Source: a virus
Strand: one strand, 5' to 3'
Length of the DNA stretch: 64,000 bases
Virus record (IMG/VR): IMGVR_UViG_3300045988_112318
Span: 40,829-104,828 of that record
The position numbers and the translations under genes were made by a program. Shown here piece by piece: positions 9,372 through 17,783 of this stretch (position 1 is the first letter of the stretch; each line of letters opens with the position of its first letter). The notes beneath the pieces were generated by a model. It saw only the letters and a program-made list of their open reading frames with translations. It ran no database searches and had not been told where the DNA came from.

Positions 9372-9760
9372 AGTGTGAATTATATCAGTTCTATCCGGAA
9401 GTCTATCCTTTTAATCTGTGGATATACGTAGGAAAAGACGTATCTGGCATGGTAGAATGTTTCAATAACGATTTTAGTTACGTATATAATAGCAAGGCTG
9501 TAACTGTATCCGTTCCATACGGAGGGTGTAAATTAAATCCTAATACGGGATTTTTGATATGGTTTATTAATAAGAAAATAATTGATTTTGAAACAGTTTG
9601 CCATGAAGCATCCCATGTTTCTACTGAAGCTTTTAATTTCTTAGGAGAAGAAGTAAAAAACTCAGAACCATTCTCGTATCTCAATGGATGGATAGGAAGA
9701 AAGTGCGAGGAAGTAAAGATCGGAATAGCCGAAGATAAACTAATATGGGAAAGTAAATAA
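9368..9760 (+). CDS. hypothetical protein
   Basis: 130-aa ORF translationally coupled to the DHH gene. Confidence 0.45.
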   Translation: MKCELYQFYPEVYPFNLWIYVGKDVSGMVECFNNDFSYVYNSKAVTVSVPYGGCKLNPNTGFLIWFINKKIIDFETVCHEASHVSTEAFNFLGEEVKNSEPFSYLNGWIGRKCEEVKIGIAEDKLIWESK

Positions 9761-9778
9761 TTACTGGTCGTAAAATAA

Positions 9779-9815
9779 GTATGGGGAACTTTGGATAGGT
9801 TCCCCATACTTTTAT
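9779..9815 (+). terminator. rho-independent terminator
   Basis: 10-bp stem tatggggaac/gttccccata followed by cTTTTaT. Confidence 0.55.
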
Positions 9816-9935
9816 GTGATGAGGGAGAGGAATGGTGAAATGTTTATGTGATAGGAGAGATATGAGAAAGAGGTTTATGTGATGAGAGATATGAGAAAAA
9901 ATATTTATGTGATGAGAGAGAGGGGGTACCTATCA
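9811..9935. repeat. four ~31-bp direct repeats (iterons), core TTTATGTGATGAGAGA
   Basis: Copies start at about 9811, 9843, 9874 and 9905 with 31-32 bp periodicity. Confidence 0.7.
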
Positions 9936-10027
9936 CGAACCTCCCGCCCCCGAAACGCGTTTTCTCCCCCACACCCCCTTCGCTGGAAAACCGGAAACGC
10001 GTTTTTACCTCAAACCTACAAACTCGC

Positions 10028-10063
10028 TGATTATCAATAGTTTATTTAAATTATTGATAATCA
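10028..10063. promoter_or_regulatory. perfect 12-bp inverted repeat tgattatcaata(N12)tattgataatca
   Basis: Arms are exact reverse complements; a third half-site ctattgattataa follows at about 10079; operator- or ori-like. Confidence 0.5.
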
Positions 10064-10222
10064 ATGTATTATTGTAACCTATTGATTATAAGCTACTTAA
10101 ATAAACATATATCCCACATATTAATGTACGCGCATAATACTGCTCTTGTATGTTTTGTAAATTGCTGATAATCAGATGATAGAATCGAAATTAATACAAG
10201 TTAACAAAAAAAAGATAGTATA

Positions 10223-10283
10223 TATATTTGTAGTAACAATAAAAGTAGTATATTTGCAATGTGTTAAAGCGATAACACATGCT
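10223..10283 (+). promoter_or_regulatory. two TAtaTTTG -7 elements followed by a palindrome atgtgtta-aagcga-taacacat
   Basis: TAnnTTTG at 10223-10230 and 10249-10256; perfect 8-bp-arm hairpin at 10259-10280; AT-rich surroundings. Confidence 0.4.
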
Positions 10284-10402
10284 GACATGATGAACCTATA
10301 TAGTATATCCGTTGGATAACGCTATATCTGTATCTGTTAATAGCTTGCGTTGTGGGCTATTGAATTGAATATCACTTGTTTAACAAATAAATACATAATG
10401 TT

Positions 10403-10942
10403 ATGATTACGAAAAAAAACATTAACAAGCTACAGAACGCTGTTATCAAAGAAAATGCTGCAAATTTGGTTGGTGCTGTAAAGTTATACAACGCTTTATT
10501 TGCTAATGGTGCTGATCTTAAGTCTATTTGCAAGGCCTTGGAAATACCGGCAGAATACGCCGTAAAGGTTGCAGCCCTCGCCAAGGATAAAAAACGCCTG
10601 GTAGCTGTGTGTAGCCAAATGTTACCGAAAGTTGACGATACATTTGTTAAATTTGCTTTATACTCTAAAGTGTATAAGGATACCAATGCAGACAAAGAGA
10701 AAGGCGTTGAGGCTAAAACGGCTGATTGGTGCGCTGAGAATGTGGTTTACGGTAGCGAATATAAATCATTTGGTTTTACTACTGCCGAATCATTGGAGAC
10801 CAAAAAAAGCACTAAATGGTTGATAAAAGAAAACGACGAGTATAAAGCTACTTATGTGGCTGTTAAGATCAAATCTTATTCTATTCGCACTGTGGCAAAG
10901 TGTGTAAGTGAATACCTTGCACACGAAAGCACTCAGCAGTAA
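10403..10942 (+). CDS. hypothetical protein
   Basis: 179-aa ORF with normal AT-rich codon usage; the only solid gene in the 9.8-11.5 kb region. Confidence 0.5.
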   Translation: MITKKNINKLQNAVIKENAANLVGAVKLYNALFANGADLKSICKALEIPAEYAVKVAALAKDKKRLVAVCSQMLPKVDDTFVKFALYSKVYKDTNADKEKGVEAKTADWCAENVVYGSEYKSFGFTTAESLETKKSTKWLIKENDEYKATYVAVKIKSYSIRTVAKCVSEYLAHESTQQ

Positions 10943-11524
10943 CAAGGTAGGGGGGGGACGCCGTTAAGTCCGCCAAAGGTTCGGCGCGTACCTTAACGCG
11001 CCTGTTCGCCATTGGTAGTGGGTGCACGTCCCGCGAATGCTTTAGACAGAAGCTACCAAAACAAAAAGTTCTTTTATATATTGGGGATAGATATACCGGC
11101 CCTTGCCGTTGGCAGTCAAAGGGTTGGTATTACTGCATGAACTACGTTGAATAAGCGCGGTTTATGTTAGGTATGTAAGTATAGTTTAGAAAGCATACCG
11201 TTGTACGAGGTTCGTCTCCAGATCGAAACGTGTCTTACTTGCTTACACGAAAAATAGAACAAGGCTGTAGATTAAATTACAGGGTACAAGCATGTAGCCT
11301 ACCATGTAGGGACGTGCCGTATCAAAACGCAAGGACACTATGCCGTTATGTGTGGCGAAATAGTGTAGCAGACGGAAAATATAATAACAACATAGTACGA
11401 GCCTGTACGAAAGAACTACGTACTAATTACGGGCTGTTGGTTGTAGCATAAAATCTCTATAGGATAGGAATGCGTGTCCGGTTCGATTCCGGAGCAACCT
11501 CTAAATTATAAATAATATAATAGC

Positions 11525-11704
11525 ATGGAAAAGAAAGCAATGATCAACGCTTTAATTGAAGCGTTCAATAAATCTAAAAACAGTTGCGTAAAAATAACAT
11601 TGCGTAACTATATCGAGACGGTGGAAACACTTAGTGAAAATGAGTATAAAGAGGCGGAGAGTTTCTATATTGAAGCACTTAATAGATGGAGTTAATCATA
11701 ATTA
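11525..11704 (+). CDS. small hypothetical protein (59 aa)
   Basis: ATG at about 11525, MEKKAMINALIEAFNKSKNS..., below the ORF-track size cutoff; coordinates approximate. Confidence 0.3.
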
Positions 11705-11717
11705 AAGCATAAAGAAA

Positions 11718-11924
11718 ATGGAAAGGAAATTTAAATCTCATATGGTAGACGTCCGCGGTCTGTCCAGGAAAGAAGCTAAAGAAAAGCGAAAAAGAGCGTA
11801 TCGTGAATTTATGTTGTATCGTGATCTCAAAGAAGCGTATCATGCCGATACAGGAAAGGACAAATGCAAACGCAAAGTCCATACATCACGAACATACGTG
11901 AAGGAAAACATAAACAGCATTTAA
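11718..11924 (+). CDS. small basic protein
   Basis: 68 aa, K/R-rich; followed by hairpin plus T5. Confidence 0.4.
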   Translation: MERKFKSHMVDVRGLSRKEAKEKRKRAYREFMLYRDLKEAYHADTGKDKCKRKVHTSRTYVKENINSI

Positions 11925-11930
11925 ATAGGA

Positions 11931-11967
11931 ATAGGGTTGTTTCGAATATCGGAGCAGCCCTATTTTT
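11931..11967 (+). terminator. candidate rho-independent terminator
   Basis: taggg...cccta stem followed by TTTTTG. Confidence 0.4.
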
Positions 11968-12029
11968 GTATCTTACTCTTTATATTCATGGGTAGGATAT
12001 TCTGAGAGTGAACGTCGGATGTGAGCCAT

Positions 12030-12122
12030 ATTGGTCTAAAACGAAACTAAAATAGGAGCGTTCGGATATAATTCCGGTATTTTGTCTATATCATGTCGTT
12101 AAAATTGGTCTAAAACGAAACT
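12030..12122. repeat. two copies of 19-bp direct repeat ATTGGTCTAAAACGAAACT
   Basis: Copies at about 12030-12048 and 12104-12122, 74 bp apart. Confidence 0.6.
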
Positions 12123-12455
12123 TGAGGCGGTTTTCTGACCCAAAATAGGGTGTCGGATGCCGCCTTTTTCATCTCTATGGATTGAAAATTAGTCTTATTG
12201 TACTTTTCTTAAAAATAAGGTATGCTTGATTATCAATTAGTTAGGTTTTATGATACCCGTATTTTCGGACACACTTATTGTAAATTTTTTATTTTATGTG
12301 GTGGTTTTTATTAGTAGCTGACCTGTATTTTTTATCGGTTGGAGTAAGGTCTATGTTAGAGTACGGACCAGATCAGTATAATATTGTGATGGTTTTTTGC
12401 TTTTCGTTTTTGGCTTTGATTATAGGTCTGAATATCTATCTTGATAGGAGGAGCA

Positions 12456-12589
12456 GGCGGTAGGGCGTGGGCTGAAGTCTCTCTATTCTCTCTATGGAAT
12501 GATATTATCTCCAAATCCCCCATACTCCATGCCAGAGTATAAGCTTGTAGCGCTCTCCGTATGCCGGTAGTGAGGCGGTAGGGCGTGGG
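12456..12589. repeat. two copies of GC-rich 17-bp repeat AGGCGGTAGGGCGTGGG in a GC-rich non-coding island
   Basis: Copies at about 12455-12471 and 12573-12589; flanked by GGGAGAGGGAGGG purine tracts. Confidence 0.6.
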
Positions 12590-12655
12590 TTCTATGCGGA
12601 AAGCCGGAGGATTAGCGGGAGTTGGAGAGGGGGAGAGGGAGGGCACTCCCTACCA

Positions 12656-12790
12656 ACAAAATTCAATAGATAAGCGTTTTAAAACAGTGTTCTGTAGATC
12701 ATTTCCACAAAATTCAATATGATAAGGGTTTAAAACAGCATTATATAGGTTCCTTCCAACAGATTAAGGGTTGAGGACTGCATTATGTGA
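12656..12790. repeat. about 2.5 copies of a ~51-bp direct repeat (ACAAAATTCAATAnATAAGnGTTTnAAACAG...)
   Basis: Copies begin at about 12656, 12707 and a partial at about 12755, immediately upstream of the gene at 12828. Confidence 0.55.
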
Positions 12791-12827
12791 GTATTTTTTT
12801 TTAAGCGGGATGTTTAACAATTAAAAT

Positions 12828-13097
12828 ATGGATGGTATGAACGTATATGACTTTGCGCCTGACTTAGATTTGAGTAAGGAGGTAGAAGGTTCTATTTTCG
12901 GGGTAAAAGGAATAGAAGGCAGTGATGGAATAGTATATGCTAAGGTAGTTAGCTGTGTAGACGTTAAGGATTACAGTTGTGATAGGTGTATTTTTTATGA
13001 TTGTTATAAGGATAAATGTTTATTATCGCGTAGTGATAGTTGTATAGATGGAGATTGGATTTGTAGGTACGAACAGGCTGCCATAGAGGGGGAGTAG
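12828..13097 (+). CDS. Cys-rich small protein
   Basis: 89 aa with 9 Cys (CDRCIFYDCYKDKC...CIDGDWIC). Confidence 0.45.
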   Translation: MDGMNVYDFAPDLDLSKEVEGSIFGVKGIEGSDGIVYAKVVSCVDVKDYSCDRCIFYDCYKDKCLLSRSDSCIDGDWICRYEQAAIEGE

Positions 13098-13434
13098 GCG
13101 GCGCCTTGGGCTAAGGCCTGCGGTTGTAGGTGGAACGTAGGTCGGAGCAGAGCCGGAACAGTTTATTGTGGAACTAAAAAAAAAATAAAAAGGAGGAGAT
13201 AGCGATATGAAAAAGGCATTTAAGATATTTTCTATTATGTTTGTCATAGAAATAGTGCTGATAGCTATTTTAGATGCTATGGCGTAAGTGAGAAAAATTT
13301 CTTCATTAATTTTCTTATGCTTTAGACAGAATGCTCCCATCTGCGAAGATCGGAGCATTTGCTTTATGGGATTCATGGTGCAGCAAGTCGGTTCGATTCC
13401 GGCGATCTCACACAACATTAAAATAGGGAAGAAC

Positions 13435-13839
13435 ATGTTAAAAGAAGAATTTGAAGAACTGATTAAAAGGGAGGTAAACGAAAATCAGTATAAAAACATA
13501 GAAACGGCATACGAGGCTTTGCCGGAGTATATGGATAAGATGTATTTAGCAAGTGCTATTTCAAATGATATTGGGAAAGCTATTAATGTCTTATCGTTTT
13601 TAGGATCGCATATAAGCGAGTTAATGGGTTCGATAATAATCGAAAGGCAAAAGGTGGAATCATGTGCCTATGATTTAATAAACAAATCGCATGAGGAGGA
13701 TGACTTGAAAGCAAGAGAGATTGCCGTGCGATTAATAGGAGAGAGGGAAACAGTGGCATACACAGTAAAAGAAGGGCTGCCATTGTGGGAACAAGATAAA
13801 AAGTTTATAATAGAATTAATAAAGGAGGATAGAAAATGA
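13435..13839 (+). CDS. hypothetical protein
   Basis: ORF-track 13288..13839 trimmed to the internal ATG at 13435 (MLKEEFEEL); upstream part overlaps a tRNA-like/GC-rich element. Confidence 0.5.
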   Translation: MLKEEFEELIKREVNENQYKNIETAYEALPEYMDKMYLASAISNDIGKAINVLSFLGSHISELMGSIIIERQKVESCAYDLINKSHEEDDLKAREIAVRLIGERETVAYTVKEGLPLWEQDKKFIIELIKEDRK

Positions 13840-14183
13840 AAGACGGTATTGTATTGCATCCAGAGCATGGGTTGAATCCATCCATAGAACTATGCATAGT
13901 ATGCGGTGAAGAGATGGGGATTGCTTTATTAGGGAATAACATCAAAGGGCAGGCGCCGCATCATATATGCACGGGAGAAATATGTGACAATTGCAAAAAG
14001 ATAATAGATGACGGAGGTTGTTTTATTATCGAAGTTGAGGATGGATCAGATCAAAAGAATCCGTATCGTACAGGGAGATATTGCGCGATAAAGAAAGAAG
14101 CAGCAAAGAAAATACTTGGACAGGAGCATAGTATTGTGTACATGGAAAAGTCTGCGTACAGTCAAATAATACCACAAAAATAA
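13836..14183 (+). CDS. zinc-ribbon protein
   Basis: CIVCGEE...HHICTGEICDNCKK Cys clusters; start overlaps upstream stop. Confidence 0.5.
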   Translation: MKDGIVLHPEHGLNPSIELCIVCGEEMGIALLGNNIKGQAPHHICTGEICDNCKKIIDDGGCFIIEVEDGSDQKNPYRTGRYCAIKKEAAKKILGQEHSIVYMEKSAYSQIIPQK

Positions 14184-14191
14184 AGAAAGAT

Positions 14192-14575
14192 ATGTTTACA
14201 AAAGAAGAGCGATTATTCATATGGAAAAAGGTATATGAGATGATTGATAGGTTAGAGGATGGGGAATACATATGTGTTGCGTTAAGAAATGTAGTGTTTA
14301 TGTATTTCAAAACACATAAAAATATCTATGAGTTTCGTTCAGACGAAATGGTGAGAATATATTTCCCGGAATTGGAGGAGAAGATAAGTATGGCCACAGA
14401 ACCAGAGGAAACAAGAACGTTTTATGGGTGGTTTGGTTGTCTTAGTCCAGAAACGAAGGAGGTAAGGCTGAATATTGTGAAAGATATTATAAAAGAATTA
14501 GAAGGTGGTTATATACAACTTTACACCATGTTTAATTATCATCTGACACATAAATGGGATCAGTATTACCATTAA
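14192..14575 (+). CDS. hypothetical protein
   Basis: 127-aa ORF in a co-oriented array. Confidence 0.45.
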   Translation: MFTKEERLFIWKKVYEMIDRLEDGEYICVALRNVVFMYFKTHKNIYEFRSDEMVRIYFPELEEKISMATEPEETRTFYGWFGCLSPETKEVRLNIVKDIIKELEGGYIQLYTMFNYHLTHKWDQYYH

Positions 14576-14596
14576 ATAACATAAAACAATAATAAT

Positions 14597-14851
14597 ATGA
14601 CAGAGAATAGTATAGACGTAAATATCGTACCTGTAAAGAATGGTATGAAACGTGTTGTGGTATCATATTACCATTATTCACGCAAGGAGAAAGATCGCAT
14701 GAGTTCCCAAACGGATTACGTTTGGGAAACAAAGAATGAAGAAATGTTTAAATACTTTGAGGCCAGGAGGACAAAAGTATTTTATAGTCAGATTCGTGCC
14801 ATGTGTAGATTCTATGGCAAGAAAAATGTACGTAAATACAAAAAGTTATGA
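14597..14851 (+). CDS. hypothetical protein
   Basis: 84-aa ORF. Confidence 0.4.
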   Translation: MTENSIDVNIVPVKNGMKRVVVSYYHYSRKEKDRMSSQTDYVWETKNEEMFKYFEARRTKVFYSQIRAMCRFYGKKNVRKYKKL

Positions 14852-15657
14852 TATTAAAAACGACAACCAACGAGTTTTGTTTCATTAACGTAAGTTTCTA
14901 CGAAACAATAGCAGATCCTCGTCATTTCTTTGAACAGGATTATGAAGAGATGCCAGAATATGAGGAGGAATCGGATTTTGATTTTGATTCTTATTACAAT
15001 AAGTTTATTCCTTTTGTACAGGAATGGGCGAATGAGGTAAGTGAACGCCTTTACGGATATGGCGTGAATAGTATAAAGGTAACATCGGTCGGATATCCGA
15101 AAGAATATAATTATGGTACTGATTGGATGAACGTAGAGGTAGAGTTTTGTGATGAATGGAGGCAAAAGATGTTATCTAACATTAGTAAGATTGTCAATGA
15201 TGATAAATGCAAGAAGTATGCGGAGACTAATTACCGGTCGGTATCAGGATACATCTTTTTAGGGCCTGAAGATTTAAAGGAATTTGAAAAGGAAATAATA
15301 GAAAGAAAGTCGGATTCCGGATATGATGTAACAATATTATTAAATATGTATCTAACTTTGGCTTTTGTAAAAGAATTTGGATTTAAAGCCGGAGAAGCAT
15401 GGAGTGAAATAACAGAATATGCTTACGGATGTTTATCGTATTCCGATTTTGCAACAACAGAGATGCTTATACCGGAAGGTTCGGAGCATTTATTCAAAGA
15501 CATTTACACGGCAAAGGCCGACGAATTATATCATCATGTCCTGGATAAATTCGGATGGGCGTGGCGTGATCCGAAATATAAGTCAGAAACAGAATTATGC
15601 GCGATGCTAAAGTGGGCAAAAGAAAAAGGCTTGACCATTGAAGAGTTAAGTATTTAA
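14848..15657 (+). CDS. hypothetical protein
   Basis: 269-aa acidic protein; overlapping start/stop with neighbours. Confidence 0.5.
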   Translation: MILKTTTNEFCFINVSFYETIADPRHFFEQDYEEMPEYEEESDFDFDSYYNKFIPFVQEWANEVSERLYGYGVNSIKVTSVGYPKEYNYGTDWMNVEVEFCDEWRQKMLSNISKIVNDDKCKKYAETNYRSVSGYIFLGPEDLKEFEKEIIERKSDSGYDVTILLNMYLTLAFVKEFGFKAGEAWSEITEYAYGCLSYSDFATTEMLIPEGSEHLFKDIYTAKADELYHHVLDKFGWAWRDPKYKSETELCAMLKWAKEKGLTIEELSI

Positions 15658-15684
15658 TTGTTAAACATAAGGCAGTAGTGGTGC

Positions 15685-15969
15685 GTGAGTATAGGTGCTG
15701 CCGTTAAAATATTTTATAAGATGAAAAAAGAAGAGATTCAAACTATTTTATACACAATCAAAGAAGGAGACAGTATTAAAATCAAAGTACAAGACAAAAG
15801 TGAAGAGATAAGACTGAGGGATCATGTAAGAAGAGTACAGAAATACGGATACAGGTTTTGTTTGTCTCATTTACATGATGGAATTTTCTATCTGGAGAAG
15901 TTGAAAGAAGGGGATAAGGATAAATACTATAGAGTAATAAACAGAGGAAATGGAAAGACCGGAGTATAA
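15685..15969 (+). CDS. hypothetical protein
   Basis: 94-aa ORF. Confidence 0.4.
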   Translation: MSIGAAVKIFYKMKKEEIQTILYTIKEGDSIKIKVQDKSEEIRLRDHVRRVQKYGYRFCLSHLHDGIFYLEKLKEGDKDKYYRVINRGNGKTGV

Positions 15970-16243
15970 CAAGCTACGTAAAATGGCTAAGACTACTCCA
16001 GGTCTGATAGTGGACGAGGTGCCAAACATGATGCGTGTATCGCTATACGATAATGGGGAACTTAAGAAGGTGGTAGTAGTAATGAAATGCGATTCTTTTT
16101 TACAATCAAAAAGTAACATAGAAAAGATAATGTTATTATCATCTTCTATAGAAGATAGAAAAAACAAAGAAAAAAATAAAACAAAATCAGAAAATGAACA
16201 GAATAACAAAAATAAGAGAAGAAATAGGAGGAAAACAGGTTGA
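15950..16243 (+). CDS. hypothetical protein with K/N/E-rich C-terminal tail
   Basis: 97-aa ORF. Confidence 0.4.
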   Translation: MERPEYNKLRKMAKTTPGLIVDEVPNMMRVSLYDNGELKKVVVVMKCDSFLQSKSNIEKIMLLSSSIEDRKNKEKNKTKSENEQNNKNKRRNRRKTG

Positions 16244-16577
16244 TTTGACCTTTTACGGGTGCTTTTGCAGCCTTATCGAAGGTGATAGGAAGATAATACT
16301 AAGGGCGATAAAAAACGGTCGTAAAAAAGGCGTAATCGGAGCCATTCAGCCTGGGAGACATGATAGAATTTGGACCACATGGTCTATTGCTTTTGATGAT
16401 CTGAAGGTAGGGGATACGGTAGAGTTCAGTACATCTGGGAAATACAATCCAGGTTTTCATTCTACAGAAAAGTATGTAGGATGTGTAGAATGGATAAAAG
16501 GATCGGAATGTGCGATAAAAACCGGTAAGGGGATGGCAGTAGTATTAATTAAACACGTGGAAAGGGTAGTGGAATGA
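16194..16577 (+). CDS. hypothetical protein
   Basis: 127-aa ORF. Confidence 0.45.
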   Translation: MNRITKIREEIGGKQVDLTFYGCFCSLIEGDRKIILRAIKNGRKKGVIGAIQPGRHDRIWTTWSIAFDDLKVGDTVEFSTSGKYNPGFHSTEKYVGCVEWIKGSECAIKTGKGMAVVLIKHVERVVE

Positions 16578-16846
16578 GAGAATTAAGAGGTTTTGTAGAA
16601 CTTTTTGACAAAAATGACGTAAAGAATTTGTTTGATGCGTTGTCTTCATGTATAGAATACGTGAGGATGGATTTGTATATATTCGATTCTCGTGTTACGT
16701 GTTTGTACAGCAATGATCTTAATCAGCTTTCAATAGGGAATACTATATACACGATAGTAGAAGTACCATATTTATTTGAAGCATTTATGAAATACGCCTC
16801 ACCAGAATTGAAAGCATATTATGATGAACTAACAAAAGAAGTATGA
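16574..16846 (+). CDS. hypothetical protein
   Basis: 90-aa ORF. Confidence 0.4.
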   Translation: MRELRGFVELFDKNDVKNLFDALSSCIEYVRMDLYIFDSRVTCLYSNDLNQLSIGNTIYTIVEVPYLFEAFMKYASPELKAYYDELTKEV

Positions 16847-17316
16847 AAGAAGAAGTAGAACGGATAAAGAAGTTGGTAGGCATAGATCATAACAGATGGG
16901 AGCAACCTTGTGCATGTGATAAATGTAAAAACATGTGTAAGGTTCCTTGTATTGGTACGCCAAAAGACATAGAGGCTATCATAGATGCCGGATACGCTGA
17001 CAGGTTAAAAGAAACAATGTGGATGGTAGGGTATCTTGCAGTGAAAGAAAAACCAATAGCGATGATCCAGCCAACAGTGAAAGACGGGTGGTGCGCATTC
17101 CGCCAGCCGGACGGTCTCTGCGAGCTGCATGACCGAGGACTAAAGCCGACCGAAGGAGTTCTGGCTTCTTGTAAGGTGGTTGAAGAAGACGATATTCCGA
17201 CATACGAGACATCCGTACTTAGAGCAGTAGCTCATGAGTGGGTTAAGGTGGAGAACTTTGGAAATGTAATGAAGGTCGTTTTTAAATTTTTGCATGAAAA
17301 TGAACGTAGAAAATGA
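16843..17316 (+). CDS. YkgJ-like cysteine-cluster (zinc/iron-chelating) domain protein
   Basis: N-terminal CACDKCKNMCKVPC cluster and downstream GWCAFRQPDGLCELH, similar to the CxxCxxCC...GxCxF..dG.C.iy pattern of the UPF0153/YkgJ family. Confidence 0.4.
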   Translation: MKEEVERIKKLVGIDHNRWEQPCACDKCKNMCKVPCIGTPKDIEAIIDAGYADRLKETMWMVGYLAVKEKPIAMIQPTVKDGWCAFRQPDGLCELHDRGLKPTEGVLASCKVVEEDDIPTYETSVLRAVAHEWVKVENFGNVMKVVFKFLHENERRK

Positions 17317-17704
17317 ATTAGATAAAGTAGTTAAGATCCTAAAAGAAAAAGGATTTGTGGTATATAGAAAGGGAGGAAAGGAACCGGGTGTATTTTACGC
17401 CAAAGAAGGTGATAAACGAATAGGATTCGTTTATCCCAACAACGGATATATATACGACAGGATAAAAATGTGGTCTTTTTCAAGGGTGTATAAACCACAT
17501 AAGAAAACCGGGTCTTCGTGCTTAATGTGTGTCAGCGACGAATTTACTATAGAGAGTGCGATTAAGAACATAGAGGATAGACTGTGGGTGAATTACATAA
17601 AAGACGGTAACAGAAAACGACCAGAAGAATATAAAAATATAAGAGAATTTGTTGGTAGCTTCACTAAATTCTACAGCTCTGTAGAATTAGTTGAGGTTAA
17701 GTAG
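17294..17704 (+). CDS. hypothetical protein
   Basis: 136-aa ORF. Confidence 0.45.
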   Translation: MKMNVENELDKVVKILKEKGFVVYRKGGKEPGVFYAKEGDKRIGFVYPNNGYIYDRIKMWSFSRVYKPHKKTGSSCLMCVSDEFTIESAIKNIEDRLWVNYIKDGNRKRPEEYKNIREFVGSFTKFYSSVELVEVK

Positions 17705-17721
17705 TTTTCCATGCGAGTTAG

Positions 17722-17760
17722 TTACCGGCACTGGTCTGCGAAGACAGGTGCCGTTTTTTT
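17722..17760 (+). terminator. rho-independent terminator
   Basis: ccggcactggtctgcgaagacaggtgccg hairpin followed by T9. Confidence 0.6.
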
Positions 17761-17783
17761 TTATTCAAGAAAGGAGGACAAAG

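Noticed and set aside
11230-11451. 73-aa ORF in the GC-rich structured region
   Set aside because: Aberrant Arg/Cys/Tyr-rich composition unlike all neighbouring genes. Lies inside hairpin-rich sequence. More likely non-coding.
12030-12122. Possible mini CRISPR array (GGTCTAAAACGAAACT resembles type II repeat termini)
   Set aside because: Only two repeat copies, 19 bp long, with a single 55-bp spacer and no cas genes or further repeats. Treated as a generic direct repeat.
12356-12646. 96-aa minus-strand ORF
   Set aside because: Spans the GC-rich repeat island. Proline/Ala-rich low-complexity translation of the repeat units. No gene context.
11433-13412. Integrative attP with tyrosine or serine integrase
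   Set aside because: No integrase or recombinase-like ORF anywhere in the 64-kb window. The tRNA-like fragments alone do not establish an att site.
13300-13415. Complete (possibly intron-containing) tRNA ending at the 13388-13412 T-arm/acceptor
   Set aside because: No 5' acceptor strand complementary to gatctca within a plausible distance and no anticodon arm could be folded. Kept only as a tRNA-like fragment.
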